DNA of 64,000 bases from Candidatus Latescibacterota bacterium (GTDB lineage Bacteria; Latescibacterota; UBA2968; GCA-2709665). The notes below the pieces were generated by a model. The model had not been told where the DNA came from. It ran no database searches and was given only the letters and a program-made list of their open reading frames with translations. How positions within the stretch are numbered: the first letter of the stretch is position 1; every line of letters begins with the position of its first letter. This document shows, in pieces, positions 48,338-58,585 of the stretch. Where the stretch lies: assembly GCA_965222075.1 (NCBI GenBank), contig OZ244937.1, forward strand, positions 4,352,001 through 4,416,000, given 5' to 3'. The position numbers and the translations under genes are program-made.

Positions 48338-48539
48338 TAGAAAGATACAATAAACCGGGCGAGAAATGGATTTTTCCGGTCCTGACATTTGACAAATAGG
48401 GGGACATTTGTTTATATACTTTACTTAGATTAGAATTGCCTTTCGGGATCAGGTATTGGCCGGATTCAAAGGAGGGGCAGAGGCTGACGGATGTTTGCCA
48501 GCGATGTGAAAATTTCAACCCGTAAACGTGGAGGCAGCC

Positions 48540-49481
48540 ATGACACTTTGGAAGCGTATGCTGTTGCCGGGGCTCTGTGTTTCAGGACTGCTATTTGGTC
48601 ACCAGGGGGGTGTCTGTGGAGCGGAGAAGGTTGCGCTCAAGCTGGCTTACCCGGAGGGTCGGGTGGCGCGGTACAAGCACTCCTACTACGTTGAGTATAT
48701 CAGCGATCGGGCGGAGATTATTTTGAGGGGAGGGGGTCTGGATGTAAAGAACGTGTCTGTGCGGATTGATGGGGAGTGGAAGAGCCAGGAAACTGTACAG
48801 GCGGGGGGGAGCAAAATATTGGCTACGGTTGAGAAAACCGCCACACGGGTGATGTTAAACAATAAGCAAATGACCCCCAGGCAGTTTCCCTACACCGTAG
48901 ACTGGCTGCAGGGGTGGACATTTTCCTGGGGGGTGTTGCCGGACGGCCGGGACCGGAACTTTTCTGCCGAAGAAAAGGCCAGTGGGCCGCCCCAGACGGA
49001 ACTCCTTATCGAGTTCTCGCAGCTCTGGATGCCGGAATTCTGTCCTGTGCTGCCCGAAGCGGCCATAGGAAAAGGGGATACCTGGGAGGGAGATCAGACG
49101 TTTGAGGTCCCGTTCAGGGCTACGCAGATGATGGGGCGGAACGCCCTGGTCGTCTCAAAGAGCGAGTACAAGGTGAAGAAGATCACGAAGAAGAAGGACC
49201 GGACAGAGGTTACCATCGAAGAGAAGCGAAAGTTGCGGTACCAGGGGTGGTTGAATGTTATCAACCTGTCCGTTTTTTTAAAGGGAGAGGGGAAGGGGGC
49301 CGGAGAATGGGTGATCGACGCCACCCGGGGGCTCGTCCTTTCTCACAAGGTGAAGATGGTCATCTTTCGGCCGGAGGTAACCATGGCCGGGCAGAAGAAG
49401 CCGGTGGCCAATGTCAGTGCAGAGTTTGTGATCAACTTTAAGCGGAAACTGGACAAGCTCATCGCAGAGAAGGGGGAGTAG
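48540..49481 (+). CDS. Hypothetical exported beta-rich protein
   Basis: Signal peptide, LPEAAIGKGDTW motif and GGAGG RBS. Confidence 0.7.
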   Translation: MTLWKRMLLPGLCVSGLLFGHQGGVCGAEKVALKLAYPEGRVARYKHSYYVEYISDRAEIILRGGGLDVKNVSVRIDGEWKSQETVQAGGSKILATVEKTATRVMLNNKQMTPRQFPYTVDWLQGWTFSWGVLPDGRDRNFSAEEKASGPPQTELLIEFSQLWMPEFCPVLPEAAIGKGDTWEGDQTFEVPFRATQMMGRNALVVSKSEYKVKKITKKKDRTEVTIEEKRKLRYQGWLNVINLSVFLKGEGKGAGEWVIDATRGLVLSHKVKMVIFRPEVTMAGQKKPVANVSAEFVINFKRKLDKLIAEKGE

Positions 49482-49515
49482 GAGGAGAGGTCTTCGGCTC
49501 TGGCTGGCCGATCTT

Positions 49516-49635
49516 TGATGTATGGGGTAGACGCTGGCTTTCAGGGGCAGTTTGACGACCTCGCGGATTCGGGCGGACTCGTGGATGGCCATCAGGATTT
49601 CGGCGCAGGTCCGTCCTGTTTCGCCGGTGCTGCAA
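49516..49635 (-). pseudogene. C-terminal remnant of a Gfo/Idh/MocA-like oxidoreductase
   Basis: STGETGRTCAEILMAIHESARIREVVKLPL resembles the family's C-terminal helix. The N-terminal domains are absent. Confidence 0.45.
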
Positions 49636-49754
49636 GCTCCGAATGGATTCGATCATCCGGGGCTTGTTTTTTATTGTTCACGCTTTATCAGGGGGTAGTT
49701 CCCCGGCATGAGAGGCTGCTTGTGGCTTCTTGTTTTTGGTGAGCGAACACACCG

Positions 49755-50555
49755 ATGACGCGTCTATCCCAAAACAGGCCGGTCAGGCTGGCGGTGACCA
49801 CGTCCCTGAACACTACGCCCCGGGTCGTTGCGGAGGCAAAGGGTTTTTCCGCTGACTCCGGATGCCCGTATGTTCCCCGGAAAGGACGAAATATTCCTGA
49901 GATGCTGTCCGAAGCCCGGATGGATGGGGTGATCGTGGTCGAGAAGAACGGGATCGTGGTGAGAGCGGGAGACATGGTCTGTCGTTTTCACCCCAACACG
50001 ACCAAGCTGAGGATTATCGCGCTGTCGAGAGAGAAGTGCGACCGGATGGTCAGCGCGATGGGGCTGAGGCCCGGAGATGCCGTGCTGGACTGCACCTGCG
50101 GCCTGGGGACCGATGCGGTTGTGGCGTCTTATGTGGTGGGAGAAGGGGGGACGGTTCACGCCTTAGAGACATCGCTGCTGCTGGCGCTGATCGTTCGCCG
50201 GGGACTGCAGACGTATGTCCCCCATGCTGCTTCGATCACCGAGGCGATGCGCAGGGTGAGGGTGATCCACGCGACCTACGAGGAGGTGCTGGCCGATCTG
50301 CCCGCCAGGTCGTGGGACGTGGTGTACTTCGATCCCCTGTTCGATTTCACGTTCGAGGACTCTACGGGACTCGACATTGTCAGGCTGCTGGGCCGACCAG
50401 GCACGCCCACCGGGGAGACCCTACAGGACGGTGTCAGGGTTGCGAGGCGGTGCGTGGTGATGAAAGACCGCTCTCCCGGGGAGGCGCTGATGCGCCTGGG
50501 ATTTCGGATCGTGTCGAGGGGGAAGAAGACGTGTTACGGGGTGATGGAGGTTTGA
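49755..50555 (+). CDS. SAM-dependent methyltransferase (RsmJ-like)
   Basis: FHPN, VLDCTCGLGTDA, DVVYFDPLF and RCVVMKD. Confidence 0.8.
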   Translation: MTRLSQNRPVRLAVTTSLNTTPRVVAEAKGFSADSGCPYVPRKGRNIPEMLSEARMDGVIVVEKNGIVVRAGDMVCRFHPNTTKLRIIALSREKCDRMVSAMGLRPGDAVLDCTCGLGTDAVVASYVVGEGGTVHALETSLLLALIVRRGLQTYVPHAASITEAMRRVRVIHATYEEVLADLPARSWDVVYFDPLFDFTFEDSTGLDIVRLLGRPGTPTGETLQDGVRVARRCVVMKDRSPGEALMRLGFRIVSRGKKTCYGVMEV

Positions 50556-50641
50556 GGCGAGAGAAGGTGGTAGGACTGCGGATTGGGGATTTAGGGTCTG
50601 ATATTGCGCATTCCCCAATCCGAAATCTGCAATTCGAAATC

Positions 50642-50713
50642 CTACATTGCAATGCCGTGGCCCATTGTGCTCAGGCCAAGGACGGCGGCGGTGTGGATGG
50701 ATTCCGGTTTCAT
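50642..50713 (-). pseudogene. N-terminal stub of a 3-hydroxyacyl-CoA dehydrogenase
   Basis: MKPESIHTAAVLGLSTMGHGIAM* matches the Rossmann GxGTMGHGIA start and is cut off at a heptamer-repeat tract. Confidence 0.5.
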
Positions 50714-50763
50714 GGGGGGGCTTTCGATCATTGATAAAAGCAACCACCGATGGGGATCATCGA

Positions 50764-51651
50764 TCACCCCATGTAGCTGCCGCCTGAGACGTTGATGGAG
50801 AGGCCGGTGAGGTAGTCGGACTCGGACGAGGCGAGGAAGGCGGTGGTTCGGGCGATGTCTGAACCCTGCGCGACGCGCCCCAAAGGGATCGCCGAAGTCG
50901 CTTCCCGGACCATGCGGGCGCGGTGAGCACCGGCAGATTCGCCCTCGGGCGCAAGGGCGGCGGCGATGTAATCGACGCGTTCCGTATCGACTATGCCCGG
51001 GCAGATGGCGTTGACGTTGATGCGATGGGACGCCAGCTCGAGGGCCAGGGACTGGGTGAAGCCGATGAGCGCGAACTTGGAGGCGCAGTAGGCGGCATAC
51101 CGGGGGTAGCCCCGCTTTCCTGCGGTTGAGGAGATGACGATGATCTTGCCGCCCCGGTCGCGGTTGATCAGGTGCCGAGCGACGGCCTTGCAGCAGAGAA
51201 AGGCGCCCTTGACGTTTGTTCTCTGGACCTCGTCCCAGGCCGCTTCCTCTAAGTCCACGACGGGCGTGCGGTCCCTCCCTGGCCGTGAACCGGCGTTGGC
51301 GACCAGGATATCGATGCGGCCGAAGCGCTCCAGGCCCTGCTGTACCATCGCGTCTACCTGAGCCGCATCGGAGACGTCGGCCACGGCGCCAATCGCCTGC
51401 CTGCCCAGGGCTTCTATTTCGGAGACAACGGCCGGGATGCCGCCCCAGTCCGAGGGTCTGTTGGCGTAGGGACGATGGGTGATGTCGTTGAGGATCAGGT
51501 CGGCGCCTTCGCGGGCGAGGCGGACAGCGATGGCCCGGCCGATGCCGTGTTCTCCACCGGCGCCGGTGACCAGGGCGACTTTTTTGTTGAGGTTGTAGAT
51601 GAGTTCATTCCCCCTGCCCCCTTTTCTGAAGAAAAGGGGGCAGTCACTCAC
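50764..51651 (-). CDS. Classical SDR oxidoreductase
   Basis: TGAGGEHGIG, ANAG and YCASK. The N-terminus runs through a REP-like hairpin, so the start is uncertain. Confidence 0.88.
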   Translation of the reverse strand: MSDCPLFFRKGGRGNELIYNLNKKVALVTGAGGEHGIGRAIAVRLAREGADLILNDITHRPYANRPSDWGGIPAVVSEIEALGRQAIGAVADVSDAAQVDAMVQQGLERFGRIDILVANAGSRPGRDRTPVVDLEEAAWDEVQRTNVKGAFLCCKAVARHLINRDRGGKIIVISSTAGKRGYPRYAAYCASKFALIGFTQSLALELASHRINVNAICPGIVDTERVDYIAAALAPEGESAGAHRARMVREATSAIPLGRVAQGSDIARTTAFLASSESDYLTGLSINVSGGSYMG

Positions 51652-51814
51652 GGTTTGAGTGTGAATTACAGGGTTGCTACTTCAGTCTGCGGGGCAGGCG
51701 GTCCAGGAGCATGAGAGGCTCCCAGACGGACAGGTTGGCGGAATGGACCTCGCGTACGGGACGCGCGCGCCCTCCTGCCTTTCACTCGTTTGCTCAGCAG
51801 GTGAATAACACCTC

Positions 51815-51842
51815 AATATATGATGGAAATTTCCCTTGTCAA
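51815..51842 (-). promoter_or_regulatory. Putative sigma70 promoter
   Basis: TTGACA-16 nt-TATATT on the minus strand in a divergent intergenic region. Confidence 0.45.
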
Positions 51843-52038
51843 GCGGATTGGCCGCATTTATCGGGACATCGCCGGTTGGCAGGATGAGGCCATACTTCCC
51901 GCTTGACTTCCCCTGAAAAGGGACTTTATTACATAGCACGTAGGTCCGAGGTGGGGACGGGGTGTTCTTGCAGGACCTGGGTTTTCGGGGCATCCTTCGG
52001 ACAGATGGGTTATGCCCCTTTCCCGTTTAGAAAGGAAA

Positions 52039-52194
52039 ATGCACAATTTCAAGCGCGATACGGTGCGGGTCGAGTGGGGGGAGCATTCGGATCTGATCGT
52101 GCCGCTGGTTGTGGACGATGAGGTGGTGGGCATCTTCAACTTCACCAGCCGGGCGTCGGGCTCTACGATCCTCCAGAAAAGGCATTTTCGCTGA
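52039..52194 (+). pseudogene. GAF-domain-like remnant
   Basis: GEHSDLIVPLVVDDEVVGIFNFTSR resembles the GAF C-terminal strands, as an isolated short ORF. Confidence 0.4.
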
Positions 52195-52352
52195 GCAGGT
52201 ACTGGGATTGATCTCCAGCGGGACGCTTCCGCATGGAGATCCAGAACTCCTTTGAGGAGGCTTCCCGGCCTGTTGTGCTCACGATCAGGGCAGAGGGGTA
52301 GGAGGAGGATGTCGCCGGGGACCGGAATACTTCCACTGAAAGGAGAGACAGC

Positions 52353-53225
52353 ATGTCGCTGCCCATTATCATGCACGTGAACTACTGCGAACAGGGTCAG
52401 ACGATTCCGGAGATGTGCCGGAAGGCAGCGGCCTGGGGGTTTGACGGGATCGAGTTCCGGCGAACGCGCCGGGGGGTTGACGAGACGCCGGAAGCGTATG
52501 TGGACGGTGTGGCCAGAGCGGCGGAGAACGCGGGCCTCAAGCATGTGCTGTTTGGAGGGCCGGGGATCAATCTGGCGGCGGAGGACGCAGAGGAGCGGAA
52601 GGCGCAGATCAAGGAAGGCGTCCACTTCTACCGGATAGCAGGCGAGCGCATCAAGCTGACCGTCTGCAACGTGGGTGCCGGGGGGATTCCCAGGCGGGAT
52701 CGGAGCACCCCGTCGTGGGACTACCACGCGAGTGGATCGGGGGCGGCTACGGAGGATCACTATAAATGGGCGGCCGAAGGCTACCGCGAGCTGGGCGCAG
52801 TGGCCGAGGAATTCAGGTTCAAGATGGCGTTCGAGACGCATATGGGGTGCCTGACGGACCTTCCGGAGCCGACCGCAAAGCTGCTGGATATGATCGATTC
52901 GCCTGCTGTGGGCGCGAATCTGGACTATGGGAATATGGCCTATTTCGCCAGAGCGCCCGCGTTGAGCGAGGTGATTTCCACGTTGAGCGGGCGAATCTAT
53001 ATGGTGCATCTGAAGAATTCCCACGCGGTCAACGTGGGCGGTCACACGGTGATGGTCAAGTGCCCGCTGGGCGAGGGGATGATCAACAACCGGGAGTTCC
53101 TGCGGCTGCTGCGGGAGGATGGGTTCGACGGGCCGCTCTGCATCGAGGCGCCCCGGCAGGGGGACCGGGAGTGGTTTGCACAGCAGGATATCCACTATCT
53201 GAAGTCGGTGCTGAACGATGGCTAA
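52353..53225 (+). CDS. Sugar phosphate isomerase/epimerase (TIM barrel)
   Basis: GFDGIEF, FETH, DYGN, VHLKN and CIEAP. Confidence 0.88.
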   Translation: MSLPIIMHVNYCEQGQTIPEMCRKAAAWGFDGIEFRRTRRGVDETPEAYVDGVARAAENAGLKHVLFGGPGINLAAEDAEERKAQIKEGVHFYRIAGERIKLTVCNVGAGGIPRRDRSTPSWDYHASGSGAATEDHYKWAAEGYRELGAVAEEFRFKMAFETHMGCLTDLPEPTAKLLDMIDSPAVGANLDYGNMAYFARAPALSEVISTLSGRIYMVHLKNSHAVNVGGHTVMVKCPLGEGMINNREFLRLLREDGFDGPLCIEAPRQGDREWFAQQDIHYLKSVLNDG

Positions 53226-53451
53226 GGTCGAGATGAAGGCCGTTCGGGCCGAACTGGTGGACGGATCGACATATGGCGTGTCTTACTGGCATGTGACGAC
53301 GGGAGAGAAGGGACCGTGTTTGACAGGCCGGACCTGGACTGGAGCATCGAGGATTGCTATCTCCCAAACTGGGAAATCAACGGAGGATGAATCCGAAGCG
53401 TTTACGAAGAAGGGAGAGGCGAAATTTCGCTACCCACGATCGTGCACGTGA
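53218..53451 (+). pseudogene. Truncated gene, possibly an AstE/AspA-like N-terminus
   Basis: Overlaps the upstream stop. YWHVTTGEKGPCL is followed by unrelated sequence. Confidence 0.35.
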
Positions 53452-53564
53452 ACTACTGCGAGCAGGGAGGACGGCTTTATTTACCGTCGCAGCAATCCTG
53501 ATTGCGCATGGCTGCATTGCAGATGGTGCTCAGGATAAGCAGGGGAAGACAATGACAGTTCAAC

Positions 53565-53846
53565 GCGACTCCTACCGGCCCGGCGCCTCCGCCGTATGTA
53601 AAGCTGGTGTGGGACGCATCGACCGCTCCCCAAGGCATCCGCTACTATAACGTCTATCGAAGTACATCTGGGGATGTGATGCCCACTCAGGAGAATTTGA
53701 TCGGGAGTTCCCGGGAACCGCATTTTGTGGATGTGGGCATAACGCAATCGCGGTATTGTTACCGGGTCGTGGCGGTTGACAATTGGGGCAACTGCTCGAA
53801 GCCTTCACCATCGTATTTGTATGCAGGACGGAACTTTACCCAGTAG
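53565..53846 (+). pseudogene. Fibronectin type III domain remnant
   Basis: VKLVWDAS...IRYYNVYRS...FVD...YCYRVVAVDNWGN.SKPS without a credible start. Confidence 0.55.
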
Positions 53847-53970
53847 ATGAGTCCCAGCACTGCCAGGGCGCTTCTACATCACCGTGCGTGCTGGAGGCGT
53901 TTCACAGCTATGGCTTACTCAGCATGACAGCTTATGCCTCTCGCAGGCGTTTTTGAAGGAGGAGATCGCA

Positions 53971-55227
53971 ATGCGTTTTGGAGTTGCCTGTCGGGATATC
54001 GTTCCTCCGTTTCGCACAAGGATGTACGGGTATGGTGGGCGAGTGGACCTCTACGAGGGTGTCAACGACCCGTTGACGTTCACGGCCATCGTGCTGCAAG
54101 AGGGGAACCGCCGCGCGCTGCTGGGCGCTGCGGACCTGGGCACCTTTCCAAGGCTCGACACGCTGTCCGGCTTCCTGGACCGGCTGGAGGAGGTCGTCGG
54201 GTGCCCGAGAGACCATATCATGCTGAACGGCTCGCACTCTCACGGGACCGCGACGGTGTCGGACGAGCGATACAGGGAGTGGCTGTACGAAAAGGTCCTC
54301 GAGGCTGCCCGGGAGGCTTCGGAGAACACGAATGAAGGGACGTTGTGGTACGGCGAAGGCAAGACGGGCTTGCCGATGAACCGCCGCCTGGAGCGGGAGG
54401 GCCAGGTTGTGAACGCGCCCAATCCGGACGGACCGGTGGACGGTCGGATGCGGCTCTTGGTCTTCAGAAAACCGACGGGGGAGATCGCCGCACTCGGGAT
54501 GTCCGTGGCGTGTCATCCGGTTGCCACGGGGGCGCGGCACCTGCTGACTGCGGAGTTTCCCGGGGCCTGGCGGGCGGCTTTCTCCAGGGCGTTTGGTTCC
54601 GAGGTGACGCCGTTTTTCCTGCAGGGGGCGGGCGGAGACATACGGCCCCGGCATGTGGCCGAAGGGGACCACTGGCGGGGGATGAGGCACGCCGAGCTTC
54701 CCGGCATGGGCCAGGAACTTTTGAGGGAGACGTTGAAGATTCTCCTGGAGGCGGACTTCAAGCAGATCGACAATCTGACGCTTACGGGCAAGATCAATCG
54801 GGTTGAGGCTCCCTGCCAGAGGGCTTATACCACGCGCGAGGAACTCAAGCCGCTGAGGGAGCGGGGTGGAGGGTTTCGTTCCTATGCGGAGAAATGTCTG
54901 CAGCGTCTCGATGCTGGAGAGGAAGTCCCGGACCGTGCGGAGTTTCACGTTCAGACCCTCTGGTTGAACCGGGAATTCGCCCTGATCGGCCTCGACGCCG
55001 AGCCGCTTCACGCCCTGGGCCGGGCCATAGAGGATTCCGTGTCACCCAGGCAGGCGTTGTTCCTGGGATATACGAACGGCTGCGTTGGCTACGCGATGGA
55101 TGGGAAAGAGACGGAACGGGGCGGCGGCACGGAGATCGGCACCTATCTTTCCAGGGGATGGTCAGGGCCGCCCGAGCCGGGCCTGGAGAAGGTCCTGGCT
55201 GGGGCTGTTGCGCGCGAGGTCGAATAA
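53971..55227 (+). CDS. Neutral/alkaline ceramidase-like hydrolase, paralog 1
   Basis: MYGYGGR, NGSHSHG, NRR, ACHP, LQGAGGD and GYTNG. AAGGAGG RBS. Confidence 0.82.
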   Translation: MRFGVACRDIVPPFRTRMYGYGGRVDLYEGVNDPLTFTAIVLQEGNRRALLGAADLGTFPRLDTLSGFLDRLEEVVGCPRDHIMLNGSHSHGTATVSDERYREWLYEKVLEAAREASENTNEGTLWYGEGKTGLPMNRRLEREGQVVNAPNPDGPVDGRMRLLVFRKPTGEIAALGMSVACHPVATGARHLLTAEFPGAWRAAFSRAFGSEVTPFFLQGAGGDIRPRHVAEGDHWRGMRHAELPGMGQELLRETLKILLEADFKQIDNLTLTGKINRVEAPCQRAYTTREELKPLRERGGGFRSYAEKCLQRLDAGEEVPDRAEFHVQTLWLNREFALIGLDAEPLHALGRAIEDSVSPRQALFLGYTNGCVGYAMDGKETERGGGTEIGTYLSRGWSGPPEPGLEKVLAGAVAREVE

Positions 55228-55257
55228 ACTGTCCATCGATCACAAGGAGAAAATGCC

Positions 55258-56589
55258 ATGCGTTTTGGTATCGGTCGCCGGGAGATCACCCCTCCGCTTT
55301 ACACCCACATGCACGGGTACGCGGGGAGACGGGATACGAACGATGGGGTGAACGATCCCCTGGTGTTCACAGCGATTGTGATGGAAGAGGGAGACCGGCG
55401 CGCCCTGCTGGGCGCTGCGGACATCTGCACGTTTCCGAACGATGGAAGCGTGCCCGGCTTTCTGGAGCAGGTCGGCAAGGCGATCGGATGTCCGCCGGAT
55501 AATGTGATGCTCAACGCCTCGCACACACACGGGGGGCCGCGTATGCCGAGTACCTCTCTGTACTGGAGGGATTTTCCTTCGCGGACGACAGAGCAGTACA
55601 GAGATCAGCTCTACGAACAGGCGCTTGAGGCCGCCCGAGAGGCTGCGGACAATCTGGTGGAAGGGAGCCTCTGGTATGGGGAGGGGAAGACGCGACTGCC
55701 GATGAACCGGCGTCCGGAGCGGGACGACCGGGTTGTAAACGCCCCCAATCCGGAGGGGCCGGTGGACGACCGGATGCAGCTTCTGGCCTTCAGAAAGCCC
55801 ACAGGGGAAGTGGCGGCGGTGGGCATCAAGGTATCGTGCCACCCGGTTGCCACGGGTGCGCAGCACCTGATCACGGCAGATTGGCCGGGGGCATGGCGCG
55901 ATGCCTTCTCCAGCGCGTTTGGCCCGGACGTGACGCCGTTTTTCCTGCAAGGGGCGGGCGCGGATGCCCGTCCCCGCCACGTGGCCGAAGGGGATCACTG
56001 GCGGGTGATGAAGCACGCCGAGCTTGCCACGATTGGCGACGAGTTGATGGCGGAGACCCTGGCGATCCTCACAGGGACGAATCTCCGTCCGGTGAACAAT
56101 TTGACGCTGCATGGAAAGATCAACGTTGTGCAGGCGCCCTGTGAGAAGCGGTATACGACCCGCGAACAGATCGAGCCCTTGAAGGGCGAAGGCGGACTCC
56201 AGCAGCGGTATGCGCAAGCAGGTCTGGAGCTTCTGGATAAGGGAGAAGAGATCCGCGACTATGTGGCGTTTCACGTTCAGACGCTGTGGGTGAACCGGGA
56301 CCTGGCCCTGATCGGCCTGGATGTGGAACCGCTCTGCGGCCTGGCGAAGACGGTTGAGGAGGCGGTTGCGCCGGCGCAGGCGGTCCTTCTGGGGTATACG
56401 AACGGCTGCATCGGCTATACCCCCGATACGCAGGAGATGGTGCGCGGCGGCTACGAGACCGGCAGCTATCTGCCCAGTGTGTGGTCCGGGCCGTTGATGC
56501 CGGGGCTTGAGAACCTGTTTGCCGACGCTGTCGTTCGCAGGATACGGACCAGACGCGAAAGCCCAGGAAGCCCTCCTCTACCTGAGTGA
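55258..56589 (+). CDS. Neutral/alkaline ceramidase-like hydrolase, paralog 2
   Basis: MHGYAGR, NASHTHGGP, SCHP, LQGAGAD and GGYE. Highly similar to the upstream gene. Confidence 0.85.
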   Translation: MRFGIGRREITPPLYTHMHGYAGRRDTNDGVNDPLVFTAIVMEEGDRRALLGAADICTFPNDGSVPGFLEQVGKAIGCPPDNVMLNASHTHGGPRMPSTSLYWRDFPSRTTEQYRDQLYEQALEAAREAADNLVEGSLWYGEGKTRLPMNRRPERDDRVVNAPNPEGPVDDRMQLLAFRKPTGEVAAVGIKVSCHPVATGAQHLITADWPGAWRDAFSSAFGPDVTPFFLQGAGADARPRHVAEGDHWRVMKHAELATIGDELMAETLAILTGTNLRPVNNLTLHGKINVVQAPCEKRYTTREQIEPLKGEGGLQQRYAQAGLELLDKGEEIRDYVAFHVQTLWVNRDLALIGLDVEPLCGLAKTVEEAVAPAQAVLLGYTNGCIGYTPDTQEMVRGGYETGSYLPSVWSGPLMPGLENLFADAVVRRIRTRRESPGSPPLPE

Positions 56590-58388
56590 CCTCCGGCCCG
56601 AAGGGGGAATGGGAAGGAGAACCGGCGACTACGGCTATACGTGCGGCTATGCCATGGCGGGGTTCTCTCTGATCTACGACTTGGTTTACGAGAGCGGCGT
56701 GTTCTCCGGGGAAGACCGGGAGAAGATCGAGAACATGATGCGAGCGAGCTTTCTGGGCATGAAGCTGTCTCCAGGCAACATGAAATTCCACAACCGGGCT
56801 GCGGTCTGTCTGGGTGGGATGGCCGCGATTGCCTTCTGCCTCCAGGACACCGATATGATTGACTGGGTGCTCAACGGGACATACGGATTCCACCGCCACA
56901 TGGCATCTGTGCCGGAAGACGGTCTCTGGGAAGAAGGTCCGAGCTATGCATTCATGACCCTTGGCGACATGTCTCAAGGCGCAGGCTACATGGGCGTGGC
57001 TGAATGCGCCTATCACGCGGGCATCAACCTCTATGAGGATCCCAATTCGCAGAAGCTGCTGCTGACCCCCCTGAAATACGCCTTCCCCGACATGACGTTG
57101 TCGGGGCACGGCCATGCGGGGGCGGGAGACTCCGTTATCGATCGGGCATTCTCCTTCGTTCGTTCCTATCTCAGAACAGGGGACCCGAGGTACGGTTGGG
57201 TTCTGCGCGAAGCCTATAAGATCGGAGGAATGGATCGATCGGAGAGCGCCGTCAACCTGTGGGGAGGCGCCGTAGAGATTCCGAAGCACGTAGATTTCGC
57301 CCCCAGCTTTGGGACGACTCATTACAAGAACAGAGGACAGGTGATGTTGCGGACCGGAGAAGGGGAGCGTGCCATCAATGTTCTGTTCGACTACGGATAT
57401 ACAGGGGGACACGCCCATCCGGATAAACTGAACATCGCACTTTACGCCAACCGACAGATTCAGGCGCCTGACGGGATCCTGCCGTACACGGTCCCGGAGT
57501 GTTTTACCTACAACGGCATGCCAGTGGGACACAATACCGTTGTGGTGGACGAACTCGCACAACACCCCAGCAATGCGCAGTCTCTCACCTTTCTCGGCGT
57601 GACGGGACGCGTGCAGATCACAGATGCCGTTGATTCAGAAACGTACACAGGCGTTCATCTTCGCAGGACCCTGATGCTCACCGAATCGTACCTGGTGGAC
57701 TTTTTCAGGGCTGCAGGCGAAAGGCCGCATCGGTATGATTGGGCCTACCACAACCTCGGGGGTATGTCCACAGAGCTTTCGCTTCATCCCCACAAAGGCA
57801 GCCTGGGGATGGCGAACGGCTACAATCACGTTGTAGATGTCTCAAAGGCGAAAACAGATGGCCCCTGGCGAGTGACCTGTACCGTCGATGAACAGAGACC
57901 GGAAGAGGCTGTTCTCGTCCAGATGCCGGGTGGGGAACCCACGCAGGAGGACGGTCGAGTATTTCCGTGATGAGGAAATGGCGCGAACCGGAAGGTGCTC
58001 CGCCAAAGTGACTCGAGGGTCTATCTACGGCGATATCACCGGGGTGGGGTCGTGGGCGCAGAGGGGTGTGGTTGAGAACGGGGGCGGCAGGACGTTCTCG
58101 CTGTCGGCCTGGGCAAGGGCCTCGGAGCGAACGCTTGTACGGCTGTACCTCTACGGATACGATCTCGAATGGGGGGATGATTTCGACGGTGCAGCCTCAG
58201 AAGCATTCCAGGTGGGGACGGAGTGGCAGGAGGTCTCTCACACAAACAATTTTGGGCCTTCTATCGAGGAGGTCCACGTCGTTCTCGTTCGAACCGTCCA
58301 GACCTTTGGTGGAGACGTATGGTTTGATGATGTGAACCTGGTTGAGGTGACCGAAGACGGCAACCGCGTTCAAGGAGCACAGACATGA
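56540..58388 (+). pseudogene. Deleted and frameshifted heparinase II/III plus CBM4/9-like gene
   Basis: The 5' end is missing. Contains DGLWEEG.SY, GGHAHPDKL and HNTVVVD, then a frame change near 57950 into a CBM homologous to the C-terminus of 58586-62182. Confidence 0.75.
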
Positions 58389-58522
58389 GATTCACATCGC
58401 CGAAATTGTCCGAACCAGGTGGGGGTGACCCGCAGCTTGCCGACGTCGCCGGCGGGCTCCTGAAGGTGGGCATCTCAACCACCGATATCACGCCCGAAGG
58501 GCCCGTCTACCCGGCCGGATGA
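58385..58522 (+). pseudogene. N-terminal stub of a third ceramidase-like gene
   Basis: ATGA-coupled start. LKVGISTTDITPEGPVYPAG* matches the family N-terminus. Confidence 0.55.
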
Positions 58523-58585
58523 GAGCGGCTACGCCCTCTTCAACTATGTGTTGCTCGGTCCGCTGGAGTCGGAGGGAATCTATTC

